A stretch of 64,000 bases of DNA from an uncultured delta proteobacterium. GTDB lineage: Bacteria; Myxococcota_A; Polyangia; Polyangiales; Houyiibacteriaceae. Location: NCBI GenBank assembly GCA_963699755.1, contig CAVOVB010000001.1, positions 480,001 to 544,000 of the forward strand, written 5' to 3'. Below, piece by piece: positions 10,901-20,129 of this stretch. How positions within the stretch are numbered: the stretch's first letter is position 1; every line of letters starts with the position of its first letter. The translations under genes were made by a program, and so were the position numbers. A model generated the notes under the pieces. That model was not told the DNA's origin, searched no databases, and worked only from the letters and a program-made list of their open reading frames with translations.

Positions 10901-10988
10901 TGAACGACTTGAAGCCGGCATAGAGCGCACCGAAGGTCAGAACGATGATCAGGGTGCGGTTTCGAAGCGAGAAATCGGTGAGATTCAT
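7917..10988 (-). CDS. RND efflux permease (AcrB/AcrD/AcrF family)
   Basis: 1023 aa; GMLVDNAIV, IKNAIVLVD and SRLRPV motifs. Confidence 0.95.
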   Translation of the reverse strand: MNLTDFSLRNRTLIIVLTFGALYAGFKSFNSLPRLEDPEFTIKEALVITPYPGATPYEVEEEVSDELELAIQKLGKIKRIESRNVPGMSTITVEMRSTVKSKELPQVWDELRRKVGDAQANLPPGAGPSVVNDDYSDVYGVFFALHGDEYSYRELYDVAKMLRKELVLVKDVAKVELFGVVPEVIYIEFDRERLSQIGISPEVIANQLVAEGIVVDAGKVQAGPEHLNIQPDSLIHSSQDLGDILISQGDKSQTRLRDIANIKRGYKDPARSKLHMDGHKAIGIGVSTETGGNVVSMGEGIKQRLQELEGRFPLGMELEVIYMQSDMVTTAIDAFLINLVEAVLIVIVVLLLFMGLRSGLIIGFVLVLTIAATFIFMGPAGVALERISLGALIIALGMLVDNAIVIIDGMLVRIKDGMDAEEAAREVAGQTSMPLLGATAVAIIAFAAIGLSPDSTGEFCQSLFIVIGIALSLSWVTAMTITPILGIWFLKPPTEKELRDSKGAEESAFYRRYRTFLALCIQFRWVTVAVVAGVFALSVYGFQFTDKSFFPASTTPKFRLDVFWPVDQDIDVTESRVDIIEKGLAELEGVTHVASSIGQGPLRFILTFTPEKEHSGFAQFLVDIENYQTLAEDIKRAEDYVQSVAPDAISFGRTFDLGPSKPGKIEARLVGPDVDVLRDLEQQTLAIMEADGDAKGSRGRWFERVKVIHPRLSEEQADAQGITTRTVAQAIQSTFEGRRVGVYRERDEVIPVVFRQPAPLRLDVSNLTQIPIWSPVSQRYVPMANVVTGLETKFSDRVVERRNRKRTLTVVTDPTHDSAPALWGRLAPKIEALPFPPGYHVEWGGEYESTQDAQAALFAPIPLFFGIMVLIVVGLFNAIRQPLAIWLTVPLALIGVTGGLLLFRQPFGFMALLGFLSLSGMLIKNAIVLVDEMDLQVRQGKPTYDAVLDSGVSRLRPVAMAAATTVLGMIPLFTDAFYVAMAVTIVGGLLVATVLTMIVVPTFYAILFKAKKGDDRTTTPAPA

Positions 10989-12094
10989 TTCCGAGTCTCG
11001 TCCGATTCCTCGAGCTCGGTGACGGCCATGCCTTCATCGAGCAAGTGTACGCCCGACATCGCGATGGCCTGGCCTCCTTCGAGGCCTTCTTTGACGACGA
11101 TGCGGCCCCCCGTGATCTCACCCACCTTGACCGGCAGCTTCGACACCGTCATCGATTCCTCGTCGACGAGCCAGACGTAAGGCTTCTCCTCGCTATCGGC
11201 GAGGACGGCTTCCACCGGCAGCAAGAAATCGTCGGCTGCCGTCGTCCGCAAGCCCGTTAGGATGAGCTTCGCGGTCATGCCGGCAAGAACACCGATGCCC
11301 TCCGGCTTCTTCATGCTGAACGTGGCGCGGAAGGTACGGGTGTTCGGATCGGCCGCGGTGGCCAGCTCAGTCAGCGTGACGGGGAACTGGCGCCCGGGCA
11401 GCGCGGAGAGCTCGACCACCGGTTTCGCGGTCGCATTGAACTCTTCGAGTGTGTTTTGACGTCGCCCTCCGGCGAGGTCCCGCTCCGGGACGTCGACGAC
11501 GACTTCCATCACCGACTCGTCTTGCAGAAGCAGCACGGGCTCACGGGCCGCGATATTCCGGAAGTCGCTCACGAGCTTTCGCGCGATCACGCCATCGAAA
11601 ATCGCTCGGAGCTTAGTGTCCTCGAGCGCCTTCTGCTGGATGCGAAGCTCTGCGCGGCTCACGTCGCGCGAGCGGGTGGCCACGTCCAGGTCGCGCTGCG
11701 TGCCGGAGCCGGAGGCGAACAGCTTGCTCTCGCGACGATACTCTGCATCGGCAAGCCGAAGACGCGCACGGGCGGCCTCGACCTGGGCCTGATAGTCGCG
11801 CGGATCGAGCCGCGAGAGGATTTGGCCCTTCTTGACGCGCTGCCCTTCTTCGACGTTCCAGTCGATGATGCGACCATCGACCTCGAACGCCAGCTCGACG
11901 ACTTTGACGGCCTTGATGCGACCCGGATAGTCGGGCCGGGTCGTCCCGAGCTGGCCGTCGAGCCTGTAAATTTTGATCGGCCTCGGCGGGGGCTCGGGTA
12001 CGACGGCCGCCTCTTCATTGCAGGAGAAGAGCATCGCAACCGCGAGCACGAAGGGCGCCGCGAGCAGGCCGCGGAAAAGCGTTCTTGGGGGCAT
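10985..12094 (-). CDS. RND periplasmic adaptor (membrane fusion lipoprotein)
   Basis: Lipobox LFSC; lipoyl half motifs; 4-bp overlap with the permease. Confidence 0.9.
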   Translation of the reverse strand: MPPRTLFRGLLAAPFVLAVAMLFSCNEEAAVVPEPPPRPIKIYRLDGQLGTTRPDYPGRIKAVKVVELAFEVDGRIIDWNVEEGQRVKKGQILSRLDPRDYQAQVEAARARLRLADAEYRRESKLFASGSGTQRDLDVATRSRDVSRAELRIQQKALEDTKLRAIFDGVIARKLVSDFRNIAAREPVLLLQDESVMEVVVDVPERDLAGGRRQNTLEEFNATAKPVVELSALPGRQFPVTLTELATAADPNTRTFRATFSMKKPEGIGVLAGMTAKLILTGLRTTAADDFLLPVEAVLADSEEKPYVWLVDEESMTVSKLPVKVGEITGGRIVVKEGLEGGQAIAMSGVHLLDEGMAVTELEESDETRK

Positions 12095-12275
12095 GGAGGA
12101 TTCCGTCTGCAAGGCGAAACTCGGGGGCGTCCGTGGGACACGTGGCGACGCCGGAGCATAGGCAGGCCAACCCGCGTTGCCAAGGCAAAGTAGCACCGTG
12201 CAAGCACTCCCTGGCGGGGAATTCTCGCAAGACCGCCTAGGGAATCAGAGACTCGTAGACTATGCTGCGGCCCCT

Positions 12276-14648
12276 ATGCGGCTGCGTTGCCTGTCCCTCA
12301 TTGCCCTGCTCATGACGCCCATGCTCGCCGGCGCGCAATCTGAGAAGCCTCAGGTGAAAGTGACCGCGGTGTTCGACGGGCCCTCCCCGGTGTTCGACGC
12401 CGTCATTGAAGACTTGTCGCGCGAAATTAGAACGCAGCTCTCCGATCGCTTCGACGTCGTTCTAGTGCCGCTGAGCTTTGAGGGTGACTGGACGGCCGAC
12501 GGGGTCGAGCGTCAGCTCGATGAGGCCTACTCGGATCCCGAAATCACCGCCGTCTTCGGCTTCGGACACCTTACAGTCCTCGCCGTTGCCGCACGCAAAG
12601 ACCTTCCCAAGCCAACGATTCTCCCCTTCGTCATCGAAGCGCAGCAACAAGGGCTGCCTCGCAGAGGGGACGTCAGTGGAAGACGAAACCTCTGCTACAT
12701 CAGCGAAGAGCTCGACATTCGCGACGAGGCTGCCCGGCTCAAAGAAGTCGCTGGCTCCAAACGGATCGTCCTTCTCGCAGAGGAGTCGCAGCGCGCGATG
12801 CTTTCCTCGATGACGGGTGCCCAGACGGTCACCGTCGCGATCGCAGAGCCGACGGTGGAGGCCTTGCTGGCGGCGATTCCAAGGACGACTGATGGCCTGA
12901 TCCTCGCCGCGATGCGGCAGGTGAGCCTGGAAGATCGCAGTCGGCTGCTCGATCAGATCACCAAGCGCCGTATTCCGAACATCGCGGTAAGTCCTCGTTG
13001 GCTCGACCAGGGCGCGATGATGTCGATCCGGTCACCAAACAACGACGAGCGAAGGGCTCAACGAGCAGCGCTCAACCTCGACCTGATTCTCGAGGGCCGG
13101 CCTGCATCACAGATTCACGTCGATTTCGAGGAACGCGAGGACTTGCAGATCAACGTGCAAGCCGCGCGGGCCGTCGGCGTCCGTCCGACCTTCGAGGTTC
13201 TGCTCGAGGCGGACTTGGTGAACGAAGAAGAGGCCGCCGCGGAGAACCGCCTGCAGATGAGTCGCGCCATGAAGGAAGCGGTCGACAAGAACTTGGATCT
13301 GCTGGTCTCCTCGAAGTTCGTCGAGGCGGGCGAGGAGGGCGTGAAAGTCGATCGAGGTCCTTTGCTTCCCCAGGGCCAGCTGGAAGTTGGCATCGTCAAC
13401 AGGGACCCTGATCGGATCATCGCGGGAGGCCAGCTGGCGCAATGGCAGGCGTCCACCTTCGCGCGCGCGAGTCAAAGCCTTTACTCGGAGCGAGCCTGGA
13501 CCCGCTTCAAGGCGCGCAAGCTTGCGCAAGAAGGACGCGAGTACGGCTACTTCACCGACGTGCTCGACATCATGCTCAGCTCGGGCGTGGCCTATGTGGG
13601 CGTGCTCCGTGCCGAGGCGCAGGAGCGCATCCAGCGCAAGAACATTCAACTCACTCGCGAGTACCTCGAGCTGGCTCGCCTTCGGCTCGAAGTCGGGGTC
13701 GCCAATGCGAGCGAGCTCTACCGTTGGCAGGTGACGCTTGCCGACAACCAGGCTTCGGTCGTCGATGCGCGGGCGCTGGTGAGTCAGAGCAAAATCGAGC
13801 TCAACCGCGTGCTCAACCGTCCCTCGGAGCGACCCGTTGCGCCCATCGACCTGCCGGTCGACGAGTCGGGCCGCACGCAGGCGCCCGAAGATCCGATCGG
13901 CAAGTACATGAACGACCCCTGGTCCTTCGAAAAGCTCAGGGACTTCATGGTTCGCGAAGGGCTTCGCAACTCGCCTGAGGCCCGTCAGGTCGAGGCGCAG
14001 AGAGCCGCGGAACGTCGCATCAACGAAGGCCGGACGCGGGAGCTCTGGTTGCCGGAGTTTTTCGTAGAGGGCGGTGTCCAGCACGATTTCTGGCGGGAGG
14101 GTGAGGGCGCGGTCACGCCACCGAACCTCGAAGCGCTCGGCATTCCGCAGCCCGACAAGTTTGGATGGGACGTCGGGCTCTTTTTGGCCATTCCGCTGTC
14201 TCGCGGCGGCTCGGGCGTCGCGGACATGCGACGGAGCGCGATCTTGGTCGAACGACTGACTGCCGAGCTCGAGCGCGTCGCGCAAAACATCGACACGGGC
14301 GTGCGCACCGAGCTCCACAGCGCGGCGGCGGCGCTGGCCACGGTGGAGCTCACGCGAAAAGCCGCCGTCGCGGCGGCCAACAACCTGGTGCTCGTCACCG
14401 ACCTCTATCGCCGGGGCAAAGTCGACATCATCACGCTAGTCGACGCGCAGACTCAGAGCCTCGTCGCCGACCTCGGCGCGGCGAACGCTGTGTATGACTA
14501 CGTGATCGCTTTGCTCTTCGTCAATCGCGAAACCAGCCACTTCCGAAACCTCGACACGCCCGAAGCGCAGCAAGACTTCGCACGCCGCCTCAACGAGTTC
14601 GTCTTGACGTCTGAAACGGGGTACGCGAACGCAGCTCCAGCCCCATAG
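12276..14648 (+). CDS. TolC-family outer membrane protein with N-terminal ABC substrate-binding-like domain
   Basis: Signal peptide; LQINVQAARAVG closes an ABC_sub_bind-like domain; two OEP repeats (YRRGKVDIITLVDAQ). Confidence 0.8.
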   Translation: MRLRCLSLIALLMTPMLAGAQSEKPQVKVTAVFDGPSPVFDAVIEDLSREIRTQLSDRFDVVLVPLSFEGDWTADGVERQLDEAYSDPEITAVFGFGHLTVLAVAARKDLPKPTILPFVIEAQQQGLPRRGDVSGRRNLCYISEELDIRDEAARLKEVAGSKRIVLLAEESQRAMLSSMTGAQTVTVAIAEPTVEALLAAIPRTTDGLILAAMRQVSLEDRSRLLDQITKRRIPNIAVSPRWLDQGAMMSIRSPNNDERRAQRAALNLDLILEGRPASQIHVDFEEREDLQINVQAARAVGVRPTFEVLLEADLVNEEEAAAENRLQMSRAMKEAVDKNLDLLVSSKFVEAGEEGVKVDRGPLLPQGQLEVGIVNRDPDRIIAGGQLAQWQASTFARASQSLYSERAWTRFKARKLAQEGREYGYFTDVLDIMLSSGVAYVGVLRAEAQERIQRKNIQLTREYLELARLRLEVGVANASELYRWQVTLADNQASVVDARALVSQSKIELNRVLNRPSERPVAPIDLPVDESGRTQAPEDPIGKYMNDPWSFEKLRDFMVREGLRNSPEARQVEAQRAAERRINEGRTRELWLPEFFVEGGVQHDFWREGEGAVTPPNLEALGIPQPDKFGWDVGLFLAIPLSRGGSGVADMRRSAILVERLTAELERVAQNIDTGVRTELHSAAAALATVELTRKAAVAAANNLVLVTDLYRRGKVDIITLVDAQTQSLVADLGAANAVYDYVIALLFVNRETSHFRNLDTPEAQQDFARRLNEFVLTSETGYANAAPAP

Positions 14649-14695
14649 ACGCCGTCTGTTTGGCGTTCTGAACGCTCCCGCCTATCTTCGGCCCC

Positions 14696-16930
14696 GTGTC
14701 ATCTGCAAAAGAGCGTGGGCCGCGCCGACATCTGGACCTCGTCCAGGCAACGGGCGTGGGTTTAGGCGCCATCGTTGGCGGTGGCATTCTCGTTTTGGCG
14801 GGCGCAGCCTTTCGCGAAACAGGCGCGAGCACCATCCTCGCGTTCGCCTTGAACGGCGCCCTCGCAATCATGACCGCCCTGAGCTTCGCCGAGATGGCGT
14901 CGATGTTCCCGGAATCGGGCGGCGCGTACACCTTCGCCAAGAAAGTGCTCACGGTCCGCTCCGCCTTTGGCGTCGGCTGGGTCCTCTGGTTCGCGTACAT
15001 CGTCGCCGGGGTCCTATACGCGCTCGGCTTTGCCGAATACGCGGTCTTGGCCGCGAGTGAGCTCTCCGTCGCCCTTACCGGCTCAGACCCGGCCTGGCTC
15101 CACAGCCGCGCGACGCTCAGTATCCTCGCCGTCCTGGCTACGGGCTCCTACAGCCTCATGCTCCTTCGCAAGACCGAAGGCGGCGGCCAGGTCGAAACCA
15201 TCGGCAAGCTCGTCGTCTTCGGCATCCTCATGCTCGCCGGCGCATGGGCCCTCGGAAGCTCCCCAGGCGGGACCGTCGAGCGCGGCCTCAGCCCCTTTTT
15301 TGAAAACGGAGCTACCGGACTCCTGACGGCCATGGGCTTTACCTTCATCGCGCTTCAAGGCTTCGATCTGATCGCCACCGTCGGGGGTGAAGTCAAAGAG
15401 CCGGAGCGCAACATTCCGCGCGCCATGCTCAGCTCCCTCGGCATCGCCCTTTGCGTGTACATCCCCCTGCTCTTCTTGGTCTCTACCGTCGGGGTGGCGC
15501 CCGGCAGCAGCATCTCCGGGATGAGCGCCGAGAACCCGGCCACGGTCATGGCCGACGCCGCCTACAACTTCGCAGGCGCCATCGGTTACTGGCTCGTGAT
15601 CGTAGCTGCGATTCTGTCCACCCTGTCGGCGCTCTCTGCCAACGTGCTCGCCGCGAGCCGAATCTCGCTTCGCATGGCCGGCGACCGAACTCTCCCGCGC
15701 GTCCTTCAGCAACGTCATCCAAGCCGGGGCACCCCCGTCATGGCGATCTACGCCACCGCTCTCGCCATGGCCTTCATCCTCCTGATGGTCCCGAACGTCA
15801 GCGCGGCGGGCGCGGCGGCCAGCCTCATCTTCCTGATCTCGTTTGCGCTCGTGCACTGGACCAGCCTGCTCGCGCGCCAACGCAGCCGCACCAAGGCGCC
15901 GTTTCAAACACCTTGGTTCCCTGCGATCCCCGTGATCGGAGGTCTGGCCTGTGCCACCCTCGCGATCTACCAGGCGGTCGCCGTCCCCGGCGCCGGCGGC
16001 ATCGTCGCAGTCTGGCTCGGCCTCGGCGTAATTCTCTACTACGCCTTGTTCGCCAACCGTGCCCAAGCCATGGACGCGTTCGCCGAAGCACTCGACCCGC
16101 GCCTCGGCGTCCTCCGGGGCCTGAGCCCGCTCGTGCTCGTACCTGTAGCCAACCCTGGCACCGCCCAACGCCTGGTCCGCCTCGCCAACGCGCTCGCCAT
16201 CCCAGTCGTCGGCCGCGTCCTCCTTCTCACCGTCGTGCGCCGTCCGAGCGACTTCGCAGCGGCCCAAGCCGAAACCGAGAAAGCACTCGCGGACGCGCAA
16301 ACCGTCGTCGGCCAAGCCATGAGCGCTTCCCTGGCGGCGGGCCACGCCCCCGAGGCGCTCATGACCATCGCGATCAACCCTTGGAACGAAATCGTCCGCG
16401 TCGCCCGAGCGCGCTCCTGCGAAAGCCTCCTCGTCGGCTTCTCCTCCCTCGAACACCCCGAGAACGTCCAACACATCGAGAACCTGCTCAACAGAGTCGA
16501 ATGCGACGTCGTCGTCCTTCGGGCTCCGGAAGCCTGGTCCCTGAGCGACGAAACGAGAATCATCGTACCAGTGGGCGGCAGAGGCGGCCACGATGCCCTC
16601 CGCGCCAGGCTCCTCGGTAGCCTGGGCCGCGCCGGCTTCACCAACGTCCGTTTCATCCAAGTCACCGACCAACGCCTCACCGCCTCCGCGAAGGCGCAGC
16701 TAGAGCGCGCGCTCCGAATCTTCGCCGAAGAAGAAACCTACGGCACCCCCGACGCCAAGCTCATCGAATCCGACGACACCCTGGAAGCCCTAGTCAACGA
16801 GGCCGGCCCCCACGACCTCATCATCCTCGGCCTCCAGCACGAACGGTCCAAACGCCTCTTCGGCAAACTAGCACTTCAAGTGGCCAGAAGAACCGAAGCG
16901 GCCACCCTCATGATCAGCCGCCGAACCTAG
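14696..16930 (+). CDS. APC amino acid permease with C-terminal universal stress domains
   Basis: GAIVGGGI and PESGGAY motifs; about 12 TM; VLVPVANP and IIVPVGG USP-like domains. Confidence 0.88.
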   Translation: MSSAKERGPRRHLDLVQATGVGLGAIVGGGILVLAGAAFRETGASTILAFALNGALAIMTALSFAEMASMFPESGGAYTFAKKVLTVRSAFGVGWVLWFAYIVAGVLYALGFAEYAVLAASELSVALTGSDPAWLHSRATLSILAVLATGSYSLMLLRKTEGGGQVETIGKLVVFGILMLAGAWALGSSPGGTVERGLSPFFENGATGLLTAMGFTFIALQGFDLIATVGGEVKEPERNIPRAMLSSLGIALCVYIPLLFLVSTVGVAPGSSISGMSAENPATVMADAAYNFAGAIGYWLVIVAAILSTLSALSANVLAASRISLRMAGDRTLPRVLQQRHPSRGTPVMAIYATALAMAFILLMVPNVSAAGAAASLIFLISFALVHWTSLLARQRSRTKAPFQTPWFPAIPVIGGLACATLAIYQAVAVPGAGGIVAVWLGLGVILYYALFANRAQAMDAFAEALDPRLGVLRGLSPLVLVPVANPGTAQRLVRLANALAIPVVGRVLLLTVVRRPSDFAAAQAETEKALADAQTVVGQAMSASLAAGHAPEALMTIAINPWNEIVRVARARSCESLLVGFSSLEHPENVQHIENLLNRVECDVVVLRAPEAWSLSDETRIIVPVGGRGGHDALRARLLGSLGRAGFTNVRFIQVTDQRLTASAKAQLERALRIFAEEETYGTPDAKLIESDDTLEALVNEAGPHDLIILGLQHERSKRLFGKLALQVARRTEAATLMISRRT

Positions 16931-16934
16931 AAAC

Positions 16935-17011
16935 TGGCGCGCCTGGAGGGACTCGAACCCCCGACCATCGGCTTAGAAGGCCACCGCTCTATCCAGCTGA
17001 GCTACAGGCGC
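16935..17011 (-). tRNA. tRNA-Arg, anticodon TCT
   Basis: Reverse complement GCGCCTGTAGCTCAGCTGGATAGAGCGGTGGCCTTCTAAGCCGATGGTCGGGGGTTCGAGTCCCTCCAGGCGCGCCA folds as a cloverleaf with encoded CCA. Confidence 0.97.
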
Positions 17012-17013
17012 GT
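16971..17013. repeat. Left att site (43-bp direct repeat, tRNA 5' half)
   Basis: gcttagaaggccaccgctctatccagctgagctacaggcgcgt is identical to 30751..30793. Confidence 0.95.
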
Positions 17014-17222
17014 AGGTTTTTCTGCGGTTTCATGGGCCCCCGTGGGACCCGTTTTCAGACTGTAACGTATTTGTCTCAGTCCCGAATTTTTCGCGGCGGT
17101 GCATCGGTGCGCCGCTTGCTCTGTTTAAACGTCGACGGCGGCCACCCTGCTACCGGTGTCCGCCGCCATTCATCGCCTGTTCCGGCCCCTTACCGTGACG
17201 GCGACCCCGAAAGGCCACCGAC

Positions 17223-18434
17223 ATGGTGCCTGCTTCATACATCGCGACACGATCGAGCGCAAGTCCTGAACCCGTAACGACCGAGTATGGTCAAGGCGTC
17301 CTCGACGGCATCGAGGAGGACATCCGCAACATCGACAAGAGCGAGGGAGACCACTACTCCCGACTCTTCGGCCGCATCGCGAAGCTTTGCAAGCACTGCA
17401 ACGGGGGCAGCATTGCGTGGCACGACGCGGAAGCGATGTTGTATGCGGTCGTCGAGGAGACTCGGCTCCGAACCCGGCACGAGCTCAAGAACGACATCCG
17501 AAGCGCCATGCGTCGCGTGGGTGACGAGGCGCTCCACCCGCCCGGAGAGAGCCGCGCCGCAGACAATGCCCCGCGCCTAGCACCGGAGCCTCCCGAGACG
17601 CCCTGGGCGGACCCGGTGGGCGTTCAGGCGCTTTGGGAAAGCACGGTCCCGATTGCGTTCGACGACGATGCTTATGCGTGGTCCACGCTGCGCGGGTTTG
17701 ACCATCGCGAAGCAGAGTTTCAGCGGCTGGCGCGGTTCATTCCTCGCCTCACTTCCGACGATCTGACGCCGGAGCAGGTCGAGGCCGTCAAGCGCGTGCT
17801 TCCCTCAGGGACCAAGCTCTGGGGCGAGTGGGGGCCGCCGCTTCGACTTGGTTATCGTGTCGCGCTCCCGACGTATGATGCCGACGGTGTCCTGCGGTCG
17901 CTTCGACTGCGGCTCGTCAACATCAAGCGCGGCACCGACGGCATTGCGAAGCTCCGCGAGCTCAAGTCGGGTGACAAGAAGTCGCTGAGCCTCCGTGGTC
18001 GCGCCAAGGGCGCCATCCTTGCCAACGCCGGAGCGCTCGAGCTCTTGCGGGGTAACCGACCTCGTGGGGAGTTCGTGGTCATCGTCGCCGAGGGCGAGAT
18101 GGATTTCCTGGTCCTCTCACTCGAGCCAGACGAGATCACGCGCTGCGTGTTCGGGCTTCCGGGCGAGGGCGCGTGGTCGTTCGACATTGCGAAAAAGATT
18201 CCGGGCGACGCCCGCGTTCTCATTGCGACCCATTCCGACAGCGCCGGCGAGGGATATGCGAAAGCGGTCCGAGCCACGCTCCCAGGACAAGGCCGGCTCG
18301 AACGCTGGCGACCGTGGTCGGTGGGCATGGAGGCGCTGAAGCAAGACCTCACGCCATACGCGGACGGTCGAAAACTCAAACATGACGTGGCGGACGTCCA
18401 CGGTCTTCGCGGGGGTGCGAGCAGTGGTTTCTGA
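17223..18434 (+). CDS. Toprim-domain primase-like protein
   Basis: IVAEGEMD and ATHSDSAG Toprim motifs; overlaps the helicase start. Confidence 0.7.
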   Translation: MVPASYIATRSSASPEPVTTEYGQGVLDGIEEDIRNIDKSEGDHYSRLFGRIAKLCKHCNGGSIAWHDAEAMLYAVVEETRLRTRHELKNDIRSAMRRVGDEALHPPGESRAADNAPRLAPEPPETPWADPVGVQALWESTVPIAFDDDAYAWSTLRGFDHREAEFQRLARFIPRLTSDDLTPEQVEAVKRVLPSGTKLWGEWGPPLRLGYRVALPTYDADGVLRSLRLRLVNIKRGTDGIAKLRELKSGDKKSLSLRGRAKGAILANAGALELLRGNRPRGEFVVIVAEGEMDFLVLSLEPDEITRCVFGLPGEGAWSFDIAKKIPGDARVLIATHSDSAGEGYAKAVRATLPGQGRLERWRPWSVGMEALKQDLTPYADGRKLKHDVADVHGLRGGASSGF

Positions 18435-20013
18435 AGAACAGACAAGGCGCGCCGCCGAAGCGCGCAAGCGATTTGAAGAGGACCGGACGCCTGAGAACGA
18501 GCAGGCGTTTCGGGAGGCGGTCGAGGAGCTTCAAGGCAAGGCGCCACGCGTAGTCGACAAGCCGCTCACCGACCTGACCGAGGAGGGCGTGGCCGACTAC
18601 TTCGTCACCATGTTCGAGAACGAGCTCCGGCACGTTCCGAAGTTCGGCTGGTTCCAATGGGCCGACTCGCACTGGAAGCAAGACGAGACCGGCGAGGTCT
18701 ACGGGCACTTTCGAGAGGCCACCGCTCGACTTCGAAGACAGTGGGAGGCGATGCCGAAGAAGACCGACGAGCAGAAGGCCATGGCTAGGTCATTCGGCCA
18801 GTTCGTCTCTCGAATGCGATCTGCTCGGTCACACGACGCAGTGCTCAAGATTGCGTCTCGCGACCCGAGGCTCGTGATTCGTCCCGGTGACCTCGACCAG
18901 CAACCGACGCTACTTCCGTGCCTCAATGGGACGGTCGACCTCACGACCGGCGAGTTCCGCGAAGCAAGGCGCGAGGACTTGCTCAGCCGCGTGGTTCCCG
19001 TCGACTACGACCCGATGGCATCGGCCCCGGTTTTCGAGAAGTTCCTGCGACGCATCCAGCCCGAGCGGGAAATGCGCGACTTTCTCCAGCGTCTTCTCGG
19101 CTATGGTCTCTTCGGCTTCGTCCGAGAGCACGTGTTCCCCATCTTCTACGGCGACGGCGCCAACGGGAAGAGCGTGCTCGCGCAGGTCGTCCAGCACGTC
19201 GTCGGAGAGTACGCGCAGACGGTGCCGCGAACCTTGGTCGTCGAGACCCGAAACGAGCAACACAAGACCCAGATTGCGCGGCTTCATCGCACTCGAATGG
19301 GATTCATCCACGAGACCGAGCGAGACGCGAGGCTCAACGTCGAGGCCGTCAAGATGCTGACCGGAGGCGACGTGCTGACCGGCCACTTCATGCGAAAGGA
19401 CTTCTTCGACTTTGTGCCGAGTCACGCGCTCTATCTGCTCAGCAACTGGAAGCCCCAGGTCGACGCGGCGATGCGAGCGGTATGGCGACGCCTGTTGCTC
19501 GTGCCGTTCGATGTCGAGATTCCCATCGAGGAGCAAGACCTCTCGCTCGCCGACAGGATTATCAAAGAGGAGTCGGCGGGCGTCCTGCGTTGGCTCGTGG
19601 AAGGCGCCGCGTGGTGGTGGGTTTTCTCGCAGGTGCGTGACGGGAGCTCAGGGCTGCTTCCGCCGAAGCGCGTGATCGACGAGACGAAGGATTACCAGCT
19701 CCAAGAGGACATCGTCGGCCGGTTCATCGACGAGTGTTGCGACTTAGGCAATGGCCGAAAGGTTCAGGCCGGGAAGCTCTACACCGCATACAAGAGCTAC
19801 TGCCAGCGCGAGGGCATCGAGAAGCCCGCGACGAGCAACAAGTTTGCCGACGCCGTCCAGCGAGTGAAGGGTGCAGACGGTCGCCGCATCGGCAAGAGCG
19901 AGAAGGACTCAGTCGACGGGCGAAAGTATTACGACGGGGTCGGCCTCCACGCCTCAGCCGAGCGAGACCCTCGAGAGGTGCCCGACGACGACCCGGAGAA
20001 CTGGTCCTTCTAG
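18424..20013 (+). CDS. P4/D5-family SF3 helicase (phage/plasmid primase C-terminal type)
   Basis: D5_N region (LPCLNGTVDLTTGEFR), Walker A GDGANGKS, KMLTGGD, AVWRRL, C-terminal winged helix; start may instead be 18382. Confidence 0.92.
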   Translation: MVSEEQTRRAAEARKRFEEDRTPENEQAFREAVEELQGKAPRVVDKPLTDLTEEGVADYFVTMFENELRHVPKFGWFQWADSHWKQDETGEVYGHFREATARLRRQWEAMPKKTDEQKAMARSFGQFVSRMRSARSHDAVLKIASRDPRLVIRPGDLDQQPTLLPCLNGTVDLTTGEFREARREDLLSRVVPVDYDPMASAPVFEKFLRRIQPEREMRDFLQRLLGYGLFGFVREHVFPIFYGDGANGKSVLAQVVQHVVGEYAQTVPRTLVVETRNEQHKTQIARLHRTRMGFIHETERDARLNVEAVKMLTGGDVLTGHFMRKDFFDFVPSHALYLLSNWKPQVDAAMRAVWRRLLLVPFDVEIPIEEQDLSLADRIIKEESAGVLRWLVEGAAWWWVFSQVRDGSSGLLPPKRVIDETKDYQLQEDIVGRFIDECCDLGNGRKVQAGKLYTAYKSYCQREGIEKPATSNKFADAVQRVKGADGRRIGKSEKDSVDGRKYYDGVGLHASAERDPREVPDDDPENWSF

Positions 20014-20129
20014 AGTTCCGCGCACCCGCCGCGCCCGCACGTCCCGAACCGTTTGTCACAAAACGGGGGTTGACAGAGTCCCTGTTTCAGGTGTGTCCTG
20101 GACATCCCCCGAGAGGAAGGAGTATCGCT

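Noticed and set aside
20070..20100. TTGACA as a sigma70 promoter for the cargo gene
   Set aside because: No acceptable -10 at 16-18 bp; the adjacent ccgttt/aaacgg hairpin is of unclear meaning
19734..20129. N-terminal extension of the propeller ORF
   Set aside because: Overlaps the helicase out of frame; RBS and signal peptide support the start at 20130
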